From an uncultured delta proteobacterium (GTDB taxonomy: Bacteria > Myxococcota > Myxococcia > Myxococcales > Myxococcaceae), in NCBI GenBank assembly GCA_963713045.1, contig CAVQKE010000006.1, positions 288,001-352,000 on the forward strand: DNA of 64,000 bases. Reading direction: 5' to 3'. The stretch's first letter is position 1. The number at the start of each line of letters is the position of its first letter. This document shows positions 29,935-39,542 of this stretch, piece by piece. The notes below the pieces were generated by a model. It was not told where the DNA came from. It did not search any database and saw only the letters and a list, made by a program, of their open reading frames with translations. The position numbers and the translations under genes are program-made.

Positions 29935-30312
29935 TTAGCCTTCGTCGTCCGCGAAGAAGACGCGGACGAGGACCGGGACGAGGCTGGGTGTGGGCAGTGC
30001 GCCCAACGGCAAAAGCAACCGCTGGCCGCTGCAGCCGGTGCTGCTTTGCACGCGGTTGCAGAAGCGGGCGCCGCGGTGGCGTGCGCCTTGCGGCCCAAGC
30101 GCCGCGGGCAGGTGCTTCACGCCGAGAGAGCCAGCGTGGAAGGCCACCCGCGCCAGCTGCGCCGCGCGCTGGGCCTGCAACGGGACGCTGGCCACGGCCG
30201 TGCGCAAATGACACACGGTGCCGGCGGGAAGTGACAGCACGACGGCCAAGAGAATGGCCAGGCCGAGGGCGTACGCCCCCCCCAAAAGGACACCCCAGTT
30301 GGCCTTCGCCAT
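29935..30312 (-). CDS. Hypothetical protein with N-terminal TM helix
   Basis: ATG 30312 with SD GAGGG; fills the intergenic gap; no recognised family. Confidence 0.45.
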   Translation of the reverse strand: MAKANWGVLLGGAYALGLAILLAVVLSLPAGTVCHLRTAVASVPLQAQRAAQLARVAFHAGSLGVKHLPAALGPQGARHRGARFCNRVQSSTGCSGQRLLLPLGALPTPSLVPVLVRVFFADDEG

Positions 30313-30472
30313 GGCACCCTCACTGTCGGTACCCCCTACCAACGGATGGGGTGGCCTTCTATTGCACCGCTTCCGGGGCCCCAGGCTGACGGTACTGACG
30401 CGTTGCGCCAATCCTTCAACTGACGAGGAATTTCCCCGCGGCCCTGGGCGTGTTTCGTAAGGAAAGTCCCTC

Positions 30473-31870
30473 ATGCGACGCGCCGCCCTCCTCGCCCTCG
30501 TCCTCTGGCCACTGGCCGGCCTGGCCTCCGCGCCCATTCTCAGCCGGACGTTGCCCAATGGCCTGCAAGTGGTGGTGGTGGAGGTGCCCACCTCGCCCCT
30601 GGTGACGGTGGAGGCGGCGGTGCGCAGCGGCGCCATGACGGAGGCCCCCGAGGCCAATGGGCTGTCCCACCTGTTGGAGCATCTCTTCTTCAAACCGACC
30701 GCCGCGCTGCCGGACGCCGACGCCTACAACGCCCGGGTGCGCAGCATCGGCATCTCCTCCAACGCCACCACCGACACAGAACATGTCACGGCCTACATCA
30801 CCACCACCGCGGACCACCTCGAAGCGGCGATGGAGTTTCTCAGGGACGCACTCATCACCCCCAACTTTGACGAAGCGGAGTTGGCCCGAGAGCGCCTGGC
30901 GGTGACACAGGAGATGGACCGCGCCGAGTCCGACCCGCTGTTCCACCTCTCGCAGGCCATCGACAAGCAGCTGTGGTGGAAGTACCCATCGCGCAAGGAC
31001 GCGCTCGGCAACCGAAAGACGGTGCTGCAGGCCACGGTGGCGCAGCTGAGAGAGTTGCGCGAGCGCTACTACGTCCCCAACAACTCGGCGCTGGTGGTGA
31101 CCGGCGGGGTGAAGGCCGAGACCGTCTTCGCGCTGGCGGCCAAGCTGTACGGCAGCTGGAAGCCCTCGGCGGAGAGTCCCTTTCTGGCCCATCCGCTGGT
31201 GCACCATCCGCCGTTGCCGAGAATCAGGCTGGTGGTGGTGGAGCAGCCGGTGGCGGCGGTCACCGGGGAATTTGCCTGGCAGGGCCCGTCGTCGGTGGGG
31301 GACGACGTCGACCTCACCTACGCCGCAGACTTACAAACCGTGGCGCTGCTGCAGCCGTCGAGTCGCTTTCAGCAGGCGCTGGTGGAGTCCGGGGTATGCC
31401 TCGGCGCCAGCTTCTCCTGGTTTACCCAGCGCAACACCGGCCCCATTCAATTGCAATTCGAAGCCACGCCGGAGAAGGCCCTGGCTTGCATCTCCGCCAT
31501 TGAAGCCGAACTGCCAAAAATGGCGGACCCGGACTACTTAAGCCTGGAGGAGCTGCACGACGCCCAGCACCAACTTCAAGTTCAGCGCGCCCTGGAGATT
31601 GAACAGCCGAGCGAGCTCGCCCATACCCTGTCCTTCTGGTGGTCGACGGCCGGTTTGGAATACTACCAGAGCTACCTCTGGCAGACGCACGCCGTCACCC
31701 AAGCAGACATTGCGCGCTACGTGCGCACCTACGTCCTCGGCAAGCCCTACATTCTCGGCGTGCTGCTTTCCAAAGCGATGCAGGCGCACGGCCTGTCCCG
31801 CACGGCGCTGGAGCGCCTGGCCATCCCCATTGGAGCGGCGCGGACTTCCCACGCGGCGGTGGCCCCCTGA
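30473..31870 (+). CDS. M16 zinc peptidase, catalytic subunit, secreted
   Basis: Signal peptide; LPNGL; GLSHLLEHLFF (HxxEH); NATT. Confidence 0.9.
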   Translation: MRRAALLALVLWPLAGLASAPILSRTLPNGLQVVVVEVPTSPLVTVEAAVRSGAMTEAPEANGLSHLLEHLFFKPTAALPDADAYNARVRSIGISSNATTDTEHVTAYITTTADHLEAAMEFLRDALITPNFDEAELARERLAVTQEMDRAESDPLFHLSQAIDKQLWWKYPSRKDALGNRKTVLQATVAQLRELRERYYVPNNSALVVTGGVKAETVFALAAKLYGSWKPSAESPFLAHPLVHHPPLPRIRLVVVEQPVAAVTGEFAWQGPSSVGDDVDLTYAADLQTVALLQPSSRFQQALVESGVCLGASFSWFTQRNTGPIQLQFEATPEKALACISAIEAELPKMADPDYLSLEELHDAQHQLQVQRALEIEQPSELAHTLSFWWSTAGLEYYQSYLWQTHAVTQADIARYVRTYVLGKPYILGVLLSKAMQAHGLSRTALERLAIPIGAARTSHAAVAP

Positions 31871-33243
31871 AGCGGAGCCTCTTCGCGTGCACGCTGTTGG
31901 CCTTGGCCGCCTGCGCCACCGCGCCTGCTCCCAGGCCGGCCGCGCCGGTGGTGCCGGCGCCCCCTGGACTGGTGACGGACGGGGACGTCAGCCTGGCGCG
32001 GCTGGGCGGCGTGGACGTCCTGGTGCGCCGGTGGCCGGGCGCGGAGTTGGTGACGACGACGCTGGCCATGCGCGGCGGCGTCCAAAATGTGGACGCGCGC
32101 ACCCAAGGGGTGGAGTTGCTGGGGCTGCGCACCGCCGCCTCCGGCGGGACGGAGTCGATGGACAAGGCGGCCTTTTCCAAGCGGCTGTCCAAGCTGGGCT
32201 GCACGCTGGAGGCGACTGCCGAGCCGGACTATTCGGCGCTGGTGGCCAAGTCCCTGCGCGCGGACTTTGAGGCCACCCTGGCGCTGCTGTTGGACGTGTT
32301 TCTTCACCCGCGACTTGCGGCCAGCGAGGTGGACCTGCAGCGCGAGCGGCTACTGCTGGAATTGCGCAGCGAACAGGAAAACCCGGACGACGCGCTGCAG
32401 GCCTTAAGCGAGGAACTTCTCTTCACCGGGACGGCCTACGCCAACCGTCCCCAGGGGACAGCGCTCAGCGTGCAGGCCCTGTCGGTGGAGGAGGTGCGCA
32501 GCCACCTGGCCGCCCTTCGGGCGCAAAACCGGCTGGTGGTGGTGGTGGTGGGCGACGTCCAAGTGGAGGAAGTGTTGGCGCGCCTTCGCCCGGCCCTGGC
32601 CCTGCTGCCGCCGGGGGACGCACTTCCGCCGCCGCCTGGGCTGGTGCACTTCAACGCGCCGCGCCTACGCGAGCAGCAGCGGGCCCTTCCCACCACCTAC
32701 CTGCAGGCCGGCTTCGCCGGGCCCAGTTGGCGCTCGCCGGACTTTGCCACCGCGCGGCTGGCCACCGCGGTGCTTTCCTCGCGCGCCTTTCTGGAAGTGC
32801 GCAGCCGCTACAACCTCAGCTACGCCCCGGACGTGCGTCTTTCCACCAACCGCTTCCAGTCCTTTGGCGGGCTGTACGTCAGTGCGGTGGATGCCCAACA
32901 GGCCCTGGGGGTGATGCAGGCGGTGGTGCGCCAACTGGGCGAGGTGCCCCTGTCCGAAGCGGAGTTGGCCGGCTACCGGGCCGCCTTCCTGGTGGACTTT
33001 TACTTGGGCGAGGAGACGACGGACGGGGCGGCCCACCGGCTATTGCAGGCCCACCTTCTCGGCGCTGACTTTCGCTTGGCGCGGACGCTGCCGGAGCGCA
33101 CCCGGGCCACCACCGCGGCGGACGTCCAAACCTTCGTCCGCCAGTACTTGCGCAACTACCAGGTGGCGGTGGTGGGCCCAGGGCACGTCCACCTTGCCAA
33201 CAAGCCCGCGGGGCACCGGGCGGACAGGCGCAGCGCCTTGTAG
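31867..33243 (+). CDS. M16 peptidase non-catalytic partner, lipoprotein (probable CTG start)
   Basis: KRSLFACTLLALAAC lipobox; no HxxEH; EVRSRYNLSY (R/Y motif). Confidence 0.85.
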   Translation: MKRSLFACTLLALAACATAPAPRPAAPVVPAPPGLVTDGDVSLARLGGVDVLVRRWPGAELVTTTLAMRGGVQNVDARTQGVELLGLRTAASGGTESMDKAAFSKRLSKLGCTLEATAEPDYSALVAKSLRADFEATLALLLDVFLHPRLAASEVDLQRERLLLELRSEQENPDDALQALSEELLFTGTAYANRPQGTALSVQALSVEEVRSHLAALRAQNRLVVVVVGDVQVEEVLARLRPALALLPPGDALPPPPGLVHFNAPRLREQQRALPTTYLQAGFAGPSWRSPDFATARLATAVLSSRAFLEVRSRYNLSYAPDVRLSTNRFQSFGGLYVSAVDAQQALGVMQAVVRQLGEVPLSEAELAGYRAAFLVDFYLGEETTDGAAHRLLQAHLLGADFRLARTLPERTRATTAADVQTFVRQYLRNYQVAVVGPGHVHLANKPAGHRADRRSAL

Positions 33244-33256
33244 GGTTGGGCCAGCC

Positions 33257-33922
33257 ATGTCGGACGTGCAGCGTGCCGCGCTGTGGGGGTGCGTCCTTCT
33301 GGGCGGGTTGGCCGCGGCTTATGCCTTGGGCCGGCTGGGCCTTCGCCGGACGCACGTCCGGGACGTGCTGCACGTGGGCGCAGGCGTCTGGCCGTTGGGC
33401 TGGCCCTTCTGGCGCGGCTGGGCGTGGCCGGTGGCCATTCCCTGCGCGGCGCTGTTGGGCATGCTGGCGCTGCCGTGGCTTGCGCGGCAGAAGCCATGGG
33501 CGAAACGCGCCGTGGACGCCGTGTCTTCCGTCGAAGAACGCTGGAGTGGCCTCGTCCTGTACACCGCCTCGGTGGCGGTGTTGACGCCGGTGGGCCTTCT
33601 CGGCCGGCCCTTCCCCGCGGCCGCCGCGCTGTTGGCGCTGGCCCTGGGGGACGGGGTGGGCGGTGCGCTGGGGCTGGCCTTCGGCCGTCACCGTTTCCGG
33701 GTGCCGGGCGGCAAATACAAAAGCCTGGAAGGCGCCCTGGCGGTGGCCGTTTTTTCAAGCTTGGGCGTCCTGGTGGCAAGGGCGTGGTTTTCAGCGCCTT
33801 TGGGCTTGCCCGCCGCGGCGCTGGCCGGCCTCATCGCTGCCGCGGCCGAGGCGGCCTCTCCGCGGGCCACGGACAACGTCGTCGTGCCGGCCTGCGTTTG
33901 GGCCTTCCTCGCCGCGGGGTAA
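33257..33922 (+). CDS. CTP-dependent polyprenol kinase-like membrane protein (phytol/dolichol kinase family)
   Basis: RDVLH, GDGVGGALG..FGRH, KSLEG, EAAS...DN. Confidence 0.75.
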   Translation: MSDVQRAALWGCVLLGGLAAAYALGRLGLRRTHVRDVLHVGAGVWPLGWPFWRGWAWPVAIPCAALLGMLALPWLARQKPWAKRAVDAVSSVEERWSGLVLYTASVAVLTPVGLLGRPFPAAAALLALALGDGVGGALGLAFGRHRFRVPGGKYKSLEGALAVAVFSSLGVLVARAWFSAPLGLPAAALAGLIAAAAEAASPRATDNVVVPACVWAFLAAG

Positions 33923-33960
33923 CCCCCGGCAGCTTCGCGCCGTCGCCGGCGGCCAAGCCG

Positions 33961-34548
33961 TCAGTCGGCTTTTTGCGTCGGGGGCGGGCGTGGGAGGCCC
34001 ACCGAAAACAGGGCGGAACCCGCCGCCAACAGGCCGGCCAGCCCAAAGACGAGGCCCAGGCCAAGCAGCCAGCGCCTTTGGGTGAGGGCCGTCAGGCCAA
34101 AAAGTGCCAAGGACAGGGAGAAGGCGGCCTCGCCCATTCCAAAGCGGGTGGCCCGCGCCTGCAGCTGCGCCCGTCGCGCCTCCAGGGCTTCGGCCTTGTC
34201 CTGAATGGCGGACTTTTCCTTTTCATAGCGGGCGACTTCCGCCCGGTAGTGGTCCAGCCGCGGCTTCAGCACGCCAGCGCTTTGCGGGGCGAGGTCGCCT
34301 TGGGCCTCCAACAGGGCGAGGGAGGTTTCGGCCAGGTGCTGCTTGGTGCTTTTCGCCTGGAAGTAGGCCCAGGTGTTGTTCACCTCGCTGGCCGTCAAAT
34401 TCATCTCCTGCACCCCCTCGCCGCCGGCAATGTTGGCCAGCGCCAGGATGGTGGCGGTGACGGCCACCGCCACGCCCACCCGGCTGTTGAGGCTGTGCCC
34501 GTACCCGTGCTCGGCCGCTTCTTGGATGCTCTCCACCAGCTCTCCCAT
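33961..34548 (-). CDS. DUF4337-like membrane protein
   Basis: NTWAYFQAKSTKQHL, RYEKEK; 3 TM helices. Confidence 0.8.
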   Translation of the reverse strand: MGELVESIQEAAEHGYGHSLNSRVGVAVAVTATILALANIAGGEGVQEMNLTASEVNNTWAYFQAKSTKQHLAETSLALLEAQGDLAPQSAGVLKPRLDHYRAEVARYEKEKSAIQDKAEALEARRAQLQARATRFGMGEAAFSLSLALFGLTALTQRRWLLGLGLVFGLAGLLAAGSALFSVGLPRPPPTQKAD

Positions 34549-34574
34549 GTCGGCCTTTCTTCCCCGGGGGGCCG

Positions 34575-36137
34575 TTACAGCGGAATGTTGCCGTGCTTGC
34601 GCGGCAGGTTCTCCTGGCGCTTGTCCTTCAACATGCTGAGGGCGCGAATCAGCTTCTCCCGGGTTTGTTCCGGACGGATGACTTCGTCGATGTAGCCGAG
34701 CTCCGCTGCCTTGTAGGGGTTGGCGAATTTCTCCCGGTAATCGGCCACCAGCCGCGCGCGCTCGGCGTCGGGGTCCGGGGCGCGCTGCAATTCATTTCGA
34801 AACACAATGTTGACGGCGCCTTCCGGCCCCATGACGGCAATTTCGGCCGTCGGGTAGGCGTAGTTGATGTCGGCGCGAATGTGCTTGCTGGCCATGACGT
34901 CGTAGGCGCCCCCATACGCCTTGCGGGTGATGACGGTGACTTTGGGAACGGTGGCCTCGGCGAAGGCGTACAGCAGCTTGGCGCCGTGGGTGATGATGCC
35001 GCCCCACTCCTGGGCCGTCCCCGGAAGAAAGCCCGGCACGTCGACGAAGGTGACCAGGGGAATGTTGAAGCAGTCGCAGAAGCGGACGAAGCGGGCCGCC
35101 TTCACCGAAGCCGAAATGTCCAAGACGCCGGCCAGGAAGGCCGGCTGGTTGGCCACCACCCCCACGCTGCGGCCGTTGAGGCGGGCGAAGCCGACCACAA
35201 TGTTTTTGGCAAAGTGCTCCTGGACTTCGAAGAAGTGCCGGTGGTCGACCACCGCCCGCACAATCTCCTTCATGTCATAGGGCTTGTTGGGGTTGGCCGG
35301 GACGACGTCCCGCAGCGCGGCGTCGCTGCGGAAGGCGTCGTCGTCGCACGGGACCACCGGTGGGTCCTCGGCGTTGTTGGAAGGCAAGTAGCCCAACAGC
35401 TCGCGGGTCAGCAGCACCGCCGCCTGTTCATTCTCTGCGGCAAAGTGGGCCACCCCGGACTTTTGGTTGTGGGCCAGTGCCCCGCCCAAGTCCTCCTTGG
35501 TGACTTCTTCGTGGGTCACCGTCCGGATGACTTCCGGCCCGGTAATGAACATGTAGCTGGTGTCCTTCACCATCAGGATGAAGTCGGTGATGGCCGGCGA
35601 ATACACCGCGCCGCCGGCGCAGGGGCCGAGGATGAGGGACAGCTGCGGCACCACGCCGCTGGCCAGGGTGTTGCGCAGAAAAATGTCGGCGTAGCCGGCC
35701 AGGCTTTCCACGCCTTCCTGAATTCTGGCGCCGCCCGAGTCGTTGAGGCCCACAATGGGCGCGCCCACCCGGGTGGCGAGGTCCATCACCTTGCAGATTT
35801 TTTGGGCGTAGGCCCCGGACAGCGAACCGCCGAAGACGGTGAAGTCCTGGGCGAAGACGAAGACTTGGCGCCCGTCCACCTGCCCGTAGCCAGTCACCAC
35901 GCCGTCGCCGGGAATTTTGCGCTCGCCCATGCCGAAGTCACTGCTTCGGTGGGTGACGAATTTGTCCAATTCGACAAAGGTGCCGCCGTCGAGGAGGAGG
36001 TCCAGCCGCTCGCGCGCCGTCAGCTTGCCGGCCTCATGCTGCTTGGCGATGCGCTCGGCGCCGCCGCCGAGGTCCGCCTGGCGTTCCAGCGCTTCAAGCC
36101 GGCTGCGCAAGCCATCGCCGTCGGAAGGTGCGTCCAT
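34575..36137 (-). CDS. pccB: Acyl-CoA (propionyl-CoA) carboxylase, carboxyltransferase beta subunit
   Basis: [43 protein letters not shown]. Confidence 0.93.
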   Translation of the reverse strand: MDAPSDGDGLRSRLEALERQADLGGGAERIAKQHEAGKLTARERLDLLLDGGTFVELDKFVTHRSSDFGMGERKIPGDGVVTGYGQVDGRQVFVFAQDFTVFGGSLSGAYAQKICKVMDLATRVGAPIVGLNDSGGARIQEGVESLAGYADIFLRNTLASGVVPQLSLILGPCAGGAVYSPAITDFILMVKDTSYMFITGPEVIRTVTHEEVTKEDLGGALAHNQKSGVAHFAAENEQAAVLLTRELLGYLPSNNAEDPPVVPCDDDAFRSDAALRDVVPANPNKPYDMKEIVRAVVDHRHFFEVQEHFAKNIVVGFARLNGRSVGVVANQPAFLAGVLDISASVKAARFVRFCDCFNIPLVTFVDVPGFLPGTAQEWGGIITHGAKLLYAFAEATVPKVTVITRKAYGGAYDVMASKHIRADINYAYPTAEIAVMGPEGAVNIVFRNELQRAPDPDAERARLVADYREKFANPYKAAELGYIDEVIRPEQTREKLIRALSMLKDKRQENLPRKHGNIPL

Positions 36138-36387
36138 GGGCCTCCCTTTGGTGCTGCCGCAGGGCAAATGTGTCTAGCAGAGTTCGCCCCTTCCGGAAGC
36201 GCGCGGCAAGGGCGCTGGGGCCCGTGGTGGGGTGACGGCCAAGGCCCCCCTTTTGGGGCCCCTTGCCCAAACCCCGTGCTTCCAGGGTGCCCGCTTGGCC
36301 GGGGCTGTGCGAGAGTTGCGGCGTGCGGTTGGGGGGCGTGCCCAGGCCGGGGCCGCCCCAGGTGGCTTCAAGCGTGAAGGTGCCGAC

Positions 36388-37017
36388 GTGAGATGTCGCG
36401 TGGCAGTGGCCACGGCCGTGCTGCTGTGGTGCGCGCCGGCCGGGGCGCAGGTGCAAGCGGCCCTGTCGGACCCCGACGTCCTGGCCGCCGGCGCGACGCC
36501 GGCCGCCACTGCCGCCGCCGCAACGCCGCAGTTCAGCGCGCCGCTGCGGATTGGCCTGGAAGCTGGGGCGGGGCTGGTGGGCGGTGCGGCGGTGGGCATC
36601 TTCAGCGAATGGGCCTTCAGCGGACTGCTTGCCACGCAAAACAGCACGCCCCAGACGCAGCACTTCACGTCGCTCTTCGGTGCGCCCTTGGGGGTGGCGG
36701 TGGGCGCGCCGCTGGCGGTGACACTGACTGGCTACACCATTGGGGAACAGGGAAGCTTCCTCATCAGCTGGCTGTCCAGCATGGCCGGCCTGGCGGTGGG
36801 CGGCAGCGTCTACCTGGCGGCCACCGCCAACAGCGACTCCACGGCGGCCAAGGGCAGCTATGGCCTGGCGCTGCTTCTTCCGGTGGTGGGCGCGGTGCTG
36901 GGCTATGAATTGTCCGCCCGGGCGGCGGACGTTCCCCTTCCCCAGGGCCCCGCTGTCGTGCCGTCGGCCTTTCTCTCCGCCGGCGGCGGCGGCGCCGCAG
37001 TGGCCGGGCGGTTTTAG
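36388..37017 (+). CDS. Hypothetical exported/membrane protein, Gly-rich hydrophobic segments, C-terminal Phe
   Basis: GTG with SD GAAGGT; signal-like N-terminus; ends AVAGRF. Confidence 0.65.
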   Translation: MRCRVAVATAVLLWCAPAGAQVQAALSDPDVLAAGATPAATAAAATPQFSAPLRIGLEAGAGLVGGAAVGIFSEWAFSGLLATQNSTPQTQHFTSLFGAPLGVAVGAPLAVTLTGYTIGEQGSFLISWLSSMAGLAVGGSVYLAATANSDSTAAKGSYGLALLLPVVGAVLGYELSARAADVPLPQGPAVVPSAFLSAGGGGAAVAGRF

Positions 37018-37279
37018 CAAGCGCCCTGCGGGCTGTTACTTCGGCGGGACGACGCCCGCGGCGGGCCAGGGTGGTGTCCGCCAGCCGCTTCCGGTTCATC
37101 TCGAAGGATTGGACCGGCGTAGGAATGAAGGGTGAAGCTGCGGGTCCCCGGGATGGTGGCGAAGGCGTTGAAACTTAACTTTCCTTCGGCGTCATAGCCC
37201 CGGGGCCTTCGAGGACTTTCCCGCCGTTGCCAAAAGGTTTGGAGGCCGGGGCAAGCGGCCGTCGGAAAAGGGGGGAACG

Positions 37280-39514
37280 TCAGTTGAGGGCGCGCAGCCG
37301 CGGGTCTGGCAAGGCCAACTCCCAGCGCTGCGCGGCTGCTTCGCGCTGCTTCTCCTCTGCGTCCGGCCAATAGCCCAGCGTCTCTCCCAAGGCGGCCGTC
37401 AACTCTTCGGCTGCCGCCCGCCGGACGGCCACTTCCGGGTGGCGCAGCGCGGCCAACAGCCACTGGCTTCTGGAACGGCGCCGGTTTTCCGCCCACCACG
37501 CCACCCAGGCCCGCTTGGTTTTGCCGAAGGAGGCGCGGGTAATTTCAAACAGCGCCTCGGCGGCGGCGGTGCCGCACAGCAGGTCGTCGCTTCCTGTCAG
37601 GCCAATCAGGCCTTCCACTGCCTGGCGGTCCCGCAGCGCCCCCAGGGCGCGCGCCGCCAGAATCCGCCGCATCGGGTCTCTGGACGCCAACTCCTGGCGC
37701 AGCGACGGCATCGCGGCCTCGAAGCGTGGCAGTCGCCGCAGGGCCCGGGCGGCCATCCGCGCCGCCGAAGACAACTCCGGCACCAAGTCAAACAACCCGC
37801 GCAACAGGCCCGGGACCAGTTCCGGGAAGGGAAGGCTTCCGGCCGTCAACAGCGCGAAGTAGCGCGTCTGCGGGGAAGGCGCGTCCAACAGCGGCGCCAG
37901 CGCGCCGGCGCCCGGGCGGCCGAGGCGCACCAGGGCGGCGGGAATGGGGCCCAATTCATCGGCCACCGGCAACTCCTCCACCAGAAGGCGACTCCACGCC
38001 GTCGGCCCGGGGAAGGCCTGGGCCAGCACCCGGGCGGAGGCCTCCGGCGTGCGGGCCAACTCCGCCATGGCGCGGGCGCGCTGCGTCGCTTCGTTTCCCA
38101 CCAGCCGTGCCAGCACCGGCTGGAAGTCCGGCGGGGGCCGGGCCCCTTCGGGCTGCCCGGGCCCGGGCCGGGTGGTGGCGCGCCCCAGACTGTCGGGCGA
38201 GGCCTGCACCCCGGGCGCCCAGTCCAAGCTGGGCGGTGCAGGGGGGGCTGCCGGCGCCGCCTGGACGGTGCCTTGGGTGGAAGGGCGCGCCGGGGCGGCC
38301 AGCTGACGGCGCAGCACCAGCAATTCCGAAAAGGCCCCGGACAATTCCTGGCAGAAGAGGCGAAACTCCGCCAGCCGGCGCTGGCTGACGGGCTTGCCGG
38401 ACCGGTCCCCGTACACCATGGCCACCAGCCGGCCGCGCACTTCCACCGGGTGGAGGAAGACGGTGCGGGGGGCGCGCCGCAGCTGCTTCAGGACGTCCCG
38501 GGTGAGGGTGTCCTTGGGGACGGGGCCAGCGTAAGCCGCATGCGCCAGGGCCACGGTGCGGAAAAGGCTGGGGCTGTCCAAGGGGACTTGCAGCTGCTGC
38601 AGCCGGGACTTGTCCGCCCCTTCCCCCAGGGCGTCCCAGCCCACCGCCTGTCCGTGCACCACGGCGAAGGCGGCCAAAAAGTCAAACGTCCGCCGGCCAT
38701 AGCGCAGGGCGACGTCCTTGATGGCGTCGCGCTCGCTGGTGACTGCACGCAGGGCGCTGCGCGCCTCGGCCAGCGTCCAGTCCACCACCGTCTCGCTGGG
38801 GGCCGGCGCCTGCGCGGCTGGGGGGGCAAGCGGAAAGCCCGCCGTGCCCAGCATCGGGTAGTCCCGCTGTGTCTTGGCGCGCGCGGCCGGCGGCTTGGCG
38901 GTGGGGGGCGGGGCCTGGGGCGGCGCCGCCGCTTTGGCGGGCGGCGTGCCCAACACTTCCTTGGCCAGCAGGTCCTCCAAGGTGAGGCCTTCGTCCAGGC
39001 TTCCCTCGGTGATGGGGGGCGGCAGCGGCAAAGGCAGGGGCCGGTTGGGTTCCAACGCCGCCAGCACCGCCGCCTCCCGCGCCGGCAACGGCAGCCCGTA
39101 CAGGGCGGACAGCCAATCTCGCACCCGCGCGGAGACGGCCACCCACGGGACCAGCTTGCGCTGGCGCAGGGCCCCCAGCGCCTGCAACTCCAACTCCGGC
39201 ACCGGGTAAGCCGAGGCCAGGTGCAGCGTCACCCCTTCGGTGGAAATGGGGACCACGTCCAGCCGGTCCGCAATGTCCCCCGGCAACTCCACCGCCAGCG
39301 CGACGTTGGGCTGGTAGTCGCCCAAGTGCAGCGGCTGCACGCCGGACGCTTCGGCCAAGGCCCCCAACAGGGCCGTTTCCGACAGGCCGCCCAATTCCAA
39401 GAAGACGGTGTCCAGCCGCCCGCCGCCCAGCGCATAGTCGCGCAGGGCTTCGTCCACCCTTTCTTCGGACAAAAGCCCGCGGGCGAGCAGGACGTCTTCC
39501 AGGCGCGCCGTCAT
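37280..39514 (-). CDS. FrgA-like protein: MshEN/GspE-N domain, GAF-like region, HEAT repeats
   Basis: RLEDVLLARGLL...RLDTVFLELG; VVPIS; C-terminal HEAT repeats (RRILAARALG, VRRAAAEEL). Resemblance to myxobacterial FrgA is from recall. Confidence 0.72.
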   Translation of the reverse strand: MTARLEDVLLARGLLSEERVDEALRDYALGGGRLDTVFLELGGLSETALLGALAEASGVQPLHLGDYQPNVALAVELPGDIADRLDVVPISTEGVTLHLASAYPVPELELQALGALRQRKLVPWVAVSARVRDWLSALYGLPLPAREAAVLAALEPNRPLPLPLPPPITEGSLDEGLTLEDLLAKEVLGTPPAKAAAPPQAPPPTAKPPAARAKTQRDYPMLGTAGFPLAPPAAQAPAPSETVVDWTLAEARSALRAVTSERDAIKDVALRYGRRTFDFLAAFAVVHGQAVGWDALGEGADKSRLQQLQVPLDSPSLFRTVALAHAAYAGPVPKDTLTRDVLKQLRRAPRTVFLHPVEVRGRLVAMVYGDRSGKPVSQRRLAEFRLFCQELSGAFSELLVLRRQLAAPARPSTQGTVQAAPAAPPAPPSLDWAPGVQASPDSLGRATTRPGPGQPEGARPPPDFQPVLARLVGNEATQRARAMAELARTPEASARVLAQAFPGPTAWSRLLVEELPVADELGPIPAALVRLGRPGAGALAPLLDAPSPQTRYFALLTAGSLPFPELVPGLLRGLFDLVPELSSAARMAARALRRLPRFEAAMPSLRQELASRDPMRRILAARALGALRDRQAVEGLIGLTGSDDLLCGTAAAEALFEITRASFGKTKRAWVAWWAENRRRSRSQWLLAALRHPEVAVRRAAAEELTAALGETLGYWPDAEEKQREAAAQRWELALPDPRLRALN

Positions 39515-39542
39515 GGACAGGCTTGGGGGCGCCCCCCTCCCC

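Noticed and set aside
30352..30365. Sigma54-like TGGCCTTCTATTGC
   Set aside because: GG-GC spacing is 9, not the required 10. Similar sites near 14125 and 63745 have spacing 11.
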